From contig JAYWIR010000011.1 of assembly GCA_036172245.1 (NCBI GenBank), positions 682,001-746,000 on the forward strand: 64,000 nucleotides of DNA, read 5' to 3'. Position numbers and translations under genes: made by a program. Under the pieces are notes generated by a model. That model saw only the letters and a list, made by a program, of their open reading frames with translations, was not told where the DNA came from and made no database searches. The stretch is from Raillietiella orientalis. Its lineage: Eukaryota. Shown here piece by piece: positions 12,601 through 24,600 of the stretch; the stretch's first letter is position 1; each line of letters begins with the position of its first letter.

Positions 12601-15600
12601 ACCCTTTCGGCCATCTTCACGGTTTCCAGAATGACCGCGGGGTGGCTCACAGTTACGAGATTCCACCTGGGAGGCAGAGTGCTGCTTGTCATGGCCTTGC
12701 TGATCTCAATGGGGCAGTTGAACTCGTAGGCTTTTTGGATGACCCCAGCTTCTTGGAAGGAACCTGGTTTTCGTCACTCCATGAGCATCACGCGCACTCA
12801 GTCCAACACAAAGAGTTTTTTTTTTTGTTTTTTTTTTTTTACCTATGTGGGGCATCAAGGCGTACTTGAAGCGGTGGCTTCCCATATCGCACTTGTCATC
12901 TGGTTTTTTCGGGGCTCTCAGTAGCGACAGCTCCAGCAAACCGCCTCTGGAGGACCAGCCATACTTACAATCGTTGAGCACGCTAATCCCGTATCCGTAT
13001 TCCGACACGTCTGCCCATCTGGAAGAAGTGCAAATGGGTATGCAACCAACCGACCCCTGAGCGTCTTTGCCCGAGTACCGAAGCTGAATGAATCCACACA
13101 GCATCACCAACCGAAACCACACCTTCCCTTTCATAAAATGTATGCAATAAACAATACTAAGAACTGAATTGACCGGAAACGCGATGTTTAAACATTCGAG
13201 AAACGCTCGAAGAAACGAATGAACAATAACGAGGTATTCTCTTTCCCTTTCTTTCTCTCCTTAAAAAGTCATAGTTACGACTGCAGCAACATATGGGATG
13301 TGTGCGTTTCCGGATGACACACGTTCAACACATCTCTTTTTCGAGGAAAAAAGGGTGGAGAGGAGGTGGGAGGAAAGGGAAACAAAACGAGAAGCACGCA
13401 CGCTGTATCCTCAAACCTGTGTCCGCAGACCTCGAACTTTGACCAGTCCCAGGACGTGTTCTGATGCGACGGGCGACTGTAATGGCAAAACTGCAGCTCG
13501 TACGTGGTTTGCGTACTGACTACGTTGAAAGGAAACTCAACCTGGAAGCAACGCACCAATCAGAGCTCGGTGCACTTGTGGTTCACCACCGCCAAATCAC
13601 GTCAAATCAATGGCAACACGCAGCGCCCTATTTCACGCTTCGCCAGCAGAAGGTGGCACCTTGACGATTAAGGGTGAGCTTCTCCTCGGGAGCACCTCGC
13701 GATGCGCCCGGAAAAAATGCAAACAACAGGAAAAGTTTCGACACGTTGAAATGCTTTGGAAGAGATACTCCTCGGCAGCGGCAAAAAAAAAAAAAGAAAA
13801 AAAAAATGTAAAACAGAAAATATCTGTTGCCCTCGTCGGGACGCTGTTACTGCTGCCGCGCACATGTCACGATCGAAAAACGCCCTGTTCAGGGAAGAGT
13901 TCCGCAATTTCTCTGGATAACATGGTTAGCGAACCTTTGCGGCATCCTTCGTGACAAAACCAGGCACCCGCGCCGAGCACCATGGAGAATGCGCCAAGGC
14001 GCCGTCAACCTTGTGGGCGAAGAAAGGCACGCGTGTGTGTCCACTTGATGCTAACCGCGCGATGCTCGTCAAGACTGCTTGCGACTGCTGCATCATTAAC
14101 AGTATTGCGAGGGTCCGACTGTCACGCAGCGCCCACTTAGTGACACTTCGCTTGACGTCCGCTTTGGCGGCTGCAAGGAAAAACAAAAAATGAGGACTGA
14201 TAAACACGAGGACGATGGAACACTGAATATCACTGTTGCTGTCTGTTTTTCCTTTTTGCTTTTTCGGTTTCCCTTTTTTATTTTCGTGGTTCGCCAAGTA
14301 CTCAAGAACCGTCACTTCACACCAAGAAAGCATAGGAGCGGTTCAACAACGCCGCCAGAGCTCTCAAGTTTCTACCACCGCCATGCATCCACGGTTGCAG
14401 GGGGACTTCTAGCATGACCGGGGTCTCGCTTCCCGGGGGGAAGGGAGGGGGAGTCGCATCCCCGAAATCCTTGAGGTGTGGGCCGATCGGGAGTCGTCCA
14501 CCGTACCTGCTGCTGGACTGCGGCGGCGCCCTCCGAGATCGGTGGCACCGCCACAGACTCCGCTGCGACGGCCCTTCGCGCGCGGCGATTTTTGTTGCAT
14601 CAGGGCCGTAGCAGTGACCTACCGACTGCCATATGCTGGAGAGTCGGTCACGGAGACGGGAGGTCGCCAGCACGGCAGATGCCCATGTGAGGACTGCAGC
14701 GAGGTGGCGAACCCATTTGGATGGTGAAGCGCCTCTTCTTGCGCGAGGTCCTCACGCCGGCCGCATCCCTAGCAGCACTTCGCTGCCTATGCGAGATCGT
14801 GGCTGCATGGAGCTACGCCAGGAGAGGTCAGAACGACAAGGATGCCATGAATTTTGAGGTCCTCTTCTTGAGGACAGCGTCAAGATGGCTCCATCTTAGA
14901 GTCTTGAAACAGGAACTTGCCGATATCCTTACAAGGATGCAGAGGACACCCTCTAGCACACAGTAAACCCTTCCCGAACCCCCCCCCCCACACACACACA
15001 CACTCTTTTTTTTGTATTTTTCCTTTTATTTTTTATTTTGTATCCCCTTATCCTGTGCTGCCGAGGTGAACCACGTCGCCTGCGCGCCGGTTCTCTTCCG
15101 TATATACACGCAACGTGGCGGGATCACGCATCCTGCCACTTCCCTGTATGTTTATTTTTAGAATAAACGCCCCGGCGTGACCCGGGTGTCAACCGACGCG
15201 AGCGCCTCCTAGTAACGCACACCCGAAGCCTGAGCGTCATCTCGCGGCGGAGACTCCCAGCCCTGCGGGCGCATCCAAACTCGGCGAACCCTTCCGACAC
15301 GCGGTGCCGCGCAAGGGCGCCAACGCGGGCAGAAAGTAGTGGCCGCTGGCCCTCGAAATTCTTCCTCGAACGAAACCAGCAGGGATGCTGTTTTGACGAA
15401 GGGCATCTTCGCTGGTTTTGAGGAAGGGACGACAGCGAAGAGTCTCACACAACTGGACCACCTCCACACTTCTCTAGGAGCACGCCGTCCGAGCAAGGGT
15501 TACGTTAGAAAACGATCGATGCTGGATTTGCGCGTCAATTTCCGGAGCCGCCCCTCCCGCGAAACGTGCGCGTGCGCGAAAGGCGAAATCGAACACGAAC

Positions 15601-18600
15601 CTTCAGAAACTTCCTGTTTTCCCTCCAACTGACTTCCGTAGTGAATTCGAGGTACGGAGAATCGGCTTTCAGCGAAATCGTCTGGCTGAGAAAAGAATCA
15701 CCAAATTTCATGGTCCATTTCAAGGATGAGAGAAGGGGTCCCGTGCAGTCAGCTGTCACCTTTGTGCATTCCACCTGGAATTGTAAAATCTGTCGTCGAC
15801 GCATGCCGGCCTGTTCCCGATGCTTTCTTTCTCTCTCTACCTCTGTTCAATCGCTAATGCCTGCTCCTGTTGTCCCCCCTCCCTCCGCAGCTCCCTTCCC
15901 CCATCTTCATTCCAGAGCAAAGTCGCACACCACCGTGTCTGCCACCTACCTCGGCACTGCCATTCAACGCACGACGACTTTCTAGATGGTTGTCGATGAC
16001 GTCCCAGGCTTCCCAATAAAACGGCATGTCTTCGAAGATGACAAACTGGTTGGCAAGCTTGCCGGGTTCAATGGATTCCTTCTGGCTTCCTTTCACCTTC
16101 AGACTTTTGATTCTTCCGGATGCATCGACCAACGCTGTCAACTTCGAGTTCGATAAGACGAAGACGGAGTCCCGCATCTCTAAGGGGAGAAACGAAACCA
16201 ATGAATGGCGGAAAGGGGCCTGTGGTGCGTCGAAGTTGGACACTTTTCAACTGCAGGCGAACGTCCGCGGCCCCCACAACGACGGCGGCCCCTCTCGGTG
16301 CACACTTCGAAGGACGAGGGCACGGCGCAACGCCCCTCCAATATTTCCGAATCCTCGTGGCGAAACTCGCGGCACAAAAGTCGGCATCCGTGATGCACCT
16401 AGATGGAGCGGAGACTACCACGCCCTCATTCGAGTGCTACCCCGAACCCTGGGCTCTGTTTCAGCACCCTCGTATACACCGCGCACAAACAGCAAAAGAT
16501 CCGCGATGTCGTTTTGTCTCCGAGCTGGTGAGCGGGAAACAAAACCTCAGTTTCCCAGAGGAAACGACCCAAGCGGACGAGATGACTTCCCTGCTGCCTG
16601 GCACCAAGGTGCCACCCTGCAGGGGGCACTTATAGGCGTGAAACCTGCAAACCCTGTGCTTGGATGCTTTGTTACCTTCTTCTCTGGGCGTCCTGAACGA
16701 CATCAATCTTCACAGTTCTACGACTTCCCCTCCAAAAAAGAAAAAATAAAGCCTGCACCGGACGGTCCACCTGTCCAGTAGACGGAAGCAAAGCGCACTT
16801 CCTTGTCCTGCACAAAAACGTGACCACACTTCGATTTTTACTTGTGGAGTTGTGCCTAAAGCTACGTCCAAGAACAAACAGGGCGCCACATCTTCAGAGA
16901 CGGAGAATGCCGGCATGGCATTCCTTGTCATCATGACATGACGATGCACACCGACGACACGAAAGCTTCGCAAGCGGAACCCCGATGGTTCGAGTGGTGA
17001 TTCAGCCTCGAAAGCACGCGAAGAAAGGAAACAGATCCAAGATCCCACAACGTCCTTCCATTCATTAAAACAAACGAAAGATCGTTCGATTTCCCTGGTG
17101 ATCCGTGCTCAAGACAGCACCGCTTGCATTTCGTGTGGAGTCCGACGAAGACCCAGACGTATGCGAAAAGACGCGAAAGGAGTGTACGGACAAGCTTGCT
17201 CCCTAGAATTTCTTCTTTCGGGTTCGTTTCTGACCCGAGGAATGGTACGTTTGCATCGACTCCTCGGCTGCAATGACACGGCCGGACTCCGGAACGTTTG
17301 AATTCGAAGAAATGCGTGCGCATCTGACCAGGATGTTTCCCATCACCGTTAGGATCCGCTGGTTCATTAGGCCGCGCAAGTGCCGGGTCCAGATTCCGAA
17401 ACATCTTTTCCTCCATGCCTTCAATCGTTACAGACGAAATGCGCCTTTCCGATGCCTCAACTCTGGCTTTACGCGCACGTTTTCGTAGCCGGAAACAAGA
17501 ATGGCACGGGAGTTACACGAAGCGGACATGGAACTTGATGACATGGGGGGTCTCCTATCAGCAAAGAGAACTACACATGCATGTAGCAGCCTCCGTACAA
17601 CACGGATCCGTATCAGGGCAGCGAAGAAAGTGGAGGAGAGTCCCCGGGTAACGCCGCGGTACGCACGGCGTTGCGGATAAATTTCACGTTTTTGGTACAG
17701 TGCCAGTTCATCCGTTTTCAAAAAGAATACGGAGACGTGACTTAAGTAGGCTGAATTCTGTTTCCCTCAAATTTTCACGAATAAAACAGCGCAAGATACG
17801 TTTTCCAGCGGCGCGAATGATGGAGCTGGAACCATACAACCGTTTACATCGATGAAATACCAACAAAAACTCCAAAGAAAGCTTCCTTTCTTATTACCTA
17901 AAGTTGAGTAATAAATGCTCTACGGTTATGACGTTTTAAGACACATCCATATCTTTTGATAAATTCCATACATATTATGGGTCCATAGCGCGCAGGGCTC
18001 GTCTAACTCAGATTCGCGTGCCGCTGAACGTCATACGGGGGCTTACAGCACACATACATACAATACACGCCGTACACACAATGGAAGTACGTAACGTAAC
18101 TGATGCTAAAGAGCATCATCCAGAAAACGATCTGGGCTCTTCTCACGTTTACGCAACGCGGAGAACTGAATCGCAATTTACCTAACAGTACATAATCCAA
18201 GGCGATTCTTACAGATGGCACTTCATAGCCCGTAGGTGCCACTTGGATGAATGCTAACACGTTTCCATTCGGCAGAGCCTGATAAGCGTATGCGTTCGGG
18301 ATGCTTTCCATAACTCTGGAATCCATTTCCATCACCTCCCTTCTCTCCCACGACAACGGGTTGAGGCACACATAGCTCACGGGAATGTCGAGACCATCCT
18401 CGAAGGACGCCAAACCTTCAGAAACGATTCGATCCCGCAGGTCGGGGTGCAACGTGGGGCGGGCAACGAACCGAACAGGAGATTCAGGCACGACTCCGCA
18501 ACGTCCTCCAGCAGACTTATGGCTTTGCGGTAGGAGCTTTCCGCTTTCTCGACCACGGCTCGAATCGACGTGCCGGGAAGCACGTCATGGAACTGGTTCA

Positions 18601-21600
18601 ACAGCACCTTGCGCCAGCAGTGGTCGATGGTCGACTTCGCTCTTCACGGTAAACAAAGCGGTGGCGGCAAACTGTTTCGAGAGCTTACTCTTTGATGAAT
18701 GAGGCTGCAGGCTCTTTTTTGAAGCACACCAAGATGCTCAGGGCGAATTCGGCAAAGTTGAGCTTTCGCTCGGCTAATCGGTTTAGCCTTTTGATCGAAG
18801 CCTAATCCGAATTAACGACGTTACGGGAGCGAGCAGAGTACCTGGGAAGTATACGTGGCATTGTGCAATTCCAGGTACAGCTCCCCACTCCAGGTCATCA
18901 GGTTGCAGCTGGATTTCTCCAATCTTTCGAAGAATTCTGTGGGTGTCTCATGGGTCAACCTAACGTAAAGGAAGAAACGATATCACCATCTGACAAACAG
19001 TGCTGAACGTGAGATTCCGGATGAACAGTCAATACATGTTTCACACGAAAAACCTTCTGCAGGTGACTTGACAACTCGTACAACTTTTGAAAAAACACGA
19101 CTGGAAAGAGCATGAACCTCTGTATAGTTACCGATTTGAAACCAACAAAGGTGGTCCTGTCATGACCTGACCACCTTTCCATTTACCGAGAACCAAAAAA
19201 AAAAAAAAAAAACGAAAATGAAAATAAAACAACACACAAAAATCGGTTCGATTTTTGTATCCTCCAATATAACGGGGGAATACGTCGTTACGCGTTATAC
19301 GATCCTAAAGGCAGCACGTGGAAAACACGACAGTATTTTGTAAGAGACATAAAATGTATCTTAAACGTCATGAAAGTCGACTATCTGTTATTTAACCTTC
19401 CAGTAAAAGGATGGAAGGAAAGAAGAAGGCTTTATTGTTTGGTTGACATTTAATCCATTTGGAAAATTCCGTAGTTTGACCCTCCACCTTTCGCGTTGTG
19501 CAACAACCGCACCTTCTGAAGTCACGTGTTCGTATCGTTTCTGAAAGCAGACCAAGGGGACACTTTGCCACAAAAGTAAAATTCAACAGCAGAGTCGCAC
19601 GCCTACACCTGAGAAACCATCTCCCAGGACTGGAGAGTGGTCAAGCAGGGACGAGTCAACAAGAACAATGAGGAATGGACATCCTTCGAGGAGTCCTGAA
19701 GAGGGAAATCGGTACACTAGACTGCGGAGGGGTGCCGGCCTGGACACTGAGCCACACCCTGAGGAAGCAGTGCAGCAAGGCAAACCGAGACGGAGGCAGC
19801 GACACGCGGTAGGTCCTCCACGAACCTCCCCCCCCGCCGATCCCCCTAACACTGCAAAACATCCTTTGCCTGGTGGATGCCCGGAAATACGATAGGGTGA
19901 TGTTCACGGTATTGCAAGGAGACTTTTATATCTTACATTTTTCCGTTAAAGGAACGAACGGACTGACATCAGCGCGTGTCGGAGTGGGGGGAAGTCACGC
20001 GGGGCGTCCGTTAGACGAGGCCTGTCGCCATCCATTCGTTGCTGAGTCAGACGGGTCTGTCGAGATGCACGTGATGTGAAGAGTGGGACTTTGCCAATGC
20101 CCCCACAAACGCGACTGGGGAGCTTTCCTTGCGGGAAGACATGCGTGGAAAACGCATGCACTCGTGTTTGAATGAACAAACGACAAAAATGCGGCGGAAG
20201 GCTCACTTGGGACCGCCTGGAAAAGAGCTCTGGCTGCTTAGGAAGTCGAGGAAATCACGGAAATGAGCAAATCCAGAATTCCGCATCATTCTGTCCCTAC
20301 ACGAGGTACGGAAAGGTTCCGCGCGTCCGGTGGTCCTCCTCACTTCGAAATCCTACTACTGCCACGGGATTGTTTCTCGGACGAAATTCGTTGGAGCCAG
20401 GTGAACACCGTCGCTTAGGCAACTCGTTCGACTGCCGGTGTTTCAAACCCGAATCGAAAAGTGCCCTCACTTGGAGATTCCATCGCAATCCTTCAGCCTT
20501 CTCATCCGCTCCAGCATTTCCATCGACGGTCCTCCACCTCCGTCACCGAATCCATATACAAACATTGCGGTGCTAACCCTTCCTTTATCCTGGGAGTTCA
20601 TCATGCTGTCCAGAAATTCCTTAGGCCTTTAAAACGCAGACCAAGGGTTAATAAAATCCACGCGGATACGAAAGGTGCATTTACTTGCATTTCAGCTCAT
20701 ACGAATTTCCGGGAGGGAAGTGCGCGAGGACAACACTCCCATCAACACCTTTCCAGAAAAAACTGTTGTGTGGGAACTTATTGATTAGATTCCAGCTAAT
20801 CTTGGTGGACATGAACCGTTTAATACCAAAATGCTGCAAACAAATGAAATTCATTAAAAAATAAGAAACAAACAAACAAAGCGCTGCATTCAAGTCAACT
20901 TCATTTTTCCGAGAGCTTTAGAGTGCGTTGCTTTCCGTATGCCAATTTCATGTACACTGTGACCATCGCGAAATGAAACACTACAGTGCATGCTGTAATG
21001 AATGAACAGTTTGACTGTTTGGTGCTATTAGCAAATACAGCGAAAGTTTCAACGAAAAGACTGTCAAAACATCCGAAAAAGACGAATCACAGTTTCCAAT
21101 TATTTTGATATATGTCACATGGCAATCCTTGTCAAAAAAAGTACCTGTTTTCGACCTGTGTCACGAGCGTGAGCTCCTTGGAGACGTTTCAAATTCCCTC
21201 ATTTTGGCACGCGAATGTTGAAAACACGAACCGCGACGACGGACCGTAAGCAGTCCATGTCCAGACCGAAAAAAGTCCATGTTTTCGGGCATCCGAGCCC
21301 GCCGGCTGCTTTCTTCGCATGGTGGACGGCTGCAATCATTCATGGCGTGACGAACAAGAGAGCGAGATGAAAAAGCCTGGAGAACCGACTCAAAGCAGCC
21401 CTGGAGTATTAACCGAGGACCCGCTGCTGATGCATCGCCAACCGTCCGCAATGGAACTTCTGCAGCACTCCCCCACCCGAGTGTCGGAAATGCTCACTTC
21501 TGGAGGGAAACTTCCATCGTCAATAGAGAAATCGGCGCACGGTGCTTTGTTTTCTTAGCCATGCACTTCCCCCGAAAAAGAGCTCACCATCCCAAGATGC

Positions 21601-24600
21601 CAAAAGCACGGACTGCTGCTAAGCAAATACTACCACTTGTGAGCCACCGCCCTTCGACATCTACTTGGTGGTTCAATAAGCTTTCTCGAAGGTGGCCGAA
21701 GAAATGTCAGGAAGGAAAACAGAGACTGAAAAAAAAAAATAGCGAAGCGCCTCGAAATTCGAAAGCAATGAGCGACCGCAGCCGGGCGCGGGGCGGCCGC
21801 TGCAGACACACAAATAGCCGAAGCATCTTCCGGGTAAGGTGGGGTGCGCTGGTCACAGAGTTTGCTTAGGGTTGCAACTGCCGCAATGCATTGCCTGGCT
21901 GCAACTACTTCTGCCTTGTTGGCTGTTGTCGGAAATGCCTTTCCACTCGAGGAGGAATGTTTTTTTCCTTGTCTCGTTTGCCTTTCTTTTCTCTTCTTTT
22001 CTTTTTTGTGCGTGAGGCAACGAATGGCGTCCGGAATTGTTGCTCGAAAAGAACGACTGCATTCACGTCCAGAATGGCATTTTCTCTCTCTCCGACGCAG
22101 GGAGGAGGAGAAGATGATCGGATTTGAGTCTGGCTTGCTGCTGCTGCCAACGTCTACGGGAATGAATGCGTCCTGATTTCGTCCGCCCAACGACCCAAAC
22201 CTGAGACTTCGGACCAAAGGGAGGTGGGGGAACGAGCAGCCACCTGGAAAGGGTGCCAAGGAGCTTCGGCACACAGAGCCGCAGAGCAACGCGACGGCTG
22301 CCGACCTCCGTTCGCGCTGCAGAAAAAGGACGGACACCAGCGAGTTGCAGCTCCGCCAAACGATCTCGCATGCTCACCCACCATATTAGAACACGGATGG
22401 GGCGGGATAGATGAATGGTTGGGTTACGGACAATTGTAGGGGCACTGACGAACTTGGGGTGCTATGGGATTCGCAAAGAAGAATTGGGGCTTGCAACAGC
22501 TCGTTAGCTGCTTCCGGCAGGAAAGATTCCGAAGAAAAACTCGTCGCGCACTTCCCTGCGCAGCCCCCGTTTTCCCGCATCCCGAACGCCTGCGTGTTGC
22601 CCACCATGAAGTCGTGTCCAGAAGGAAACGCAGCATCCCCGTTAGTACCGCGGAAGGGGGCTGTTTCCTCGCTGATCCCGCTTCATGCAGGTTGCCAACA
22701 CCAGCAGCTCATCGCCACGCGCGTGCGCGCTTTCCTCCTCGCAACTCAACCGCGGGTCGCACCTAGTTTTCAAGAACGAGAGTGACCGGGACGAAGGTCG
22801 GGGCCGAGCGTGAGCGTCCTTCAGGAGGGGCCCCTCAAGTTCAGGGTCGCGCGCGCTCTCAACCCAGTTCCGAATGCTAAAGCCACGCGAGGCACTCGGT
22901 TCGCCGCGGATTCGCCGCCGCCGGGGCGATTTCGTTCCATCCGAATCGGGAAACTCCCCGTCTAAAAGGCACAGGAGGGGCTCAGCGTGGTTCCAGGCCT
23001 TCAATTGCACTGCTAGCATGTCGAAGCCACCCGCTTCTCGAACGTTCTTGCAAGGAAGGAGGAGGAAACCCTTGATCGTTCGCGAATGGGCGAACGTTAA
23101 ACGCGGCAAGCACGAGGTAGTTCCGACGTGGGGCAAGTTGGGGAAGCGGCAGTCACTCACGAGGGAAGCACTTACGTTTAGAACCTGAGGCAGCTGCGGT
23201 GAGAACCCGAAGGAATCCGGCAGCCAGAGTTCCTTGCAGACTTCTCCGAATTCGTCCAGGAAAAACTGCTGTCCGTACAGCAACTGCCGCATGAAGGACT
23301 CCCCGCTGCAAAAGATCACTTTGAAAAACGGTGGTATTGAGGATGCCCCAAGAATAAACAAGCGCTAACACACGACAGCTGTGCGTTCGGGCGAATCATG
23401 CTGATACGGGTGCAACAAATCGCTGCGAGTGTCGAAAAACACGGGATGGTGAACATGGGGAGGGGGAGGTGAGGAGGGAGTGACAACAAGGGACACGAGC
23501 AGTCATTTCAGGATCCGCGCTTTTGAACGGCAAACAATCCTCAGATTTACTTGAAGGAGAGAGTTTTTTCCCTTTCGGCACGGTCTGAGCACGCGCTGCC
23601 AACTTCCGCAGGATGCCCGCGCTCGCCAACAGATGCGGAAGAGATGTGTGATGACCGGTGGACCTTCGTACGGATAAGGCCTGCGTCGAACCTGGAAGGC
23701 CCCGCATATGGAGGGTTGCTCCCTGCCGCTGCTCCGATGCAGCGCGCCATTGCATGGAAGAGAAGCGGCCCAAGGCGGCTACCGCAAGGGGCCACCCTCT
23801 TTGCTGCTCGCTTGCCTTCTGACTGCGCTTTCCCCTGATCAGGATGCGAGCCGGTGCCGACGAGTTCCTGCTGTTGCTCACCGTGTGGCAGATGCACGCA
23901 GCACGGCACTTACCACTTCTCGCACGAGCTCGCGGGACTGCAGAAAAGGCAGACTCTCTCCCGGATGGAGGAGGAGCCTCCCGCATCCTCCCTGACCTGC
24001 TTCTCCGATCCCTGAGATCAGGAACGCGAGCGTAGTCACACCGGGGACCGCAAGAAGGAAGCACGTGGTCTGCGCGGGGCGGATGCATGGTCAATGCTAT
24101 GTGCTCCTCTTGCGAGAAGCACATAGCCTTTTGGAAGATGTTTCGCTCCAGATCGTACTGCAACAGTGGCTGTAAGGAAAGATTTGGATGGAGATGACCG
24201 ATCGAGCAGGATTGGCCCACGGCGACTATCGCAACGTCACCGCCACAGCCACCCTACCCTCTCTGTCTCGTGGAACACTTTGGTTCACGAACCTTCTGCG
24301 GATGCGCTTCAATGGAGGGGAGTATGGGAAGCGGGAACAATAGCAGTGCATTCAAAGAAGACAACGGCAATGTGCAGAGTGAGAGCAGGAAGTGACAACA
24401 GAGAACCACAGGAACGAAGAAGGATCGAAGCAAACCAAAAGGCAGATGCAGGCTAAGCCCGTGCCGGGAGCTTACAAGAAACACAGAAGACAGGAAAGAG
24501 AAAGAGAGTTAGGGGGTCCGGAAGAGACCACGGATTTCACCGGAAGTCAGAGCAAAACCAGGTTCCCTGCGGACTGAGGTGATAAGTCACGTGGCGGTAT

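Noticed and set aside
14415..14966. UGA=Trp (mitovirus-type) read-through of the + frame
   Set aside because: All three upstream in-frame stops are TGA, but that is expected in GC-rich DNA and no RdRp motifs were seen.
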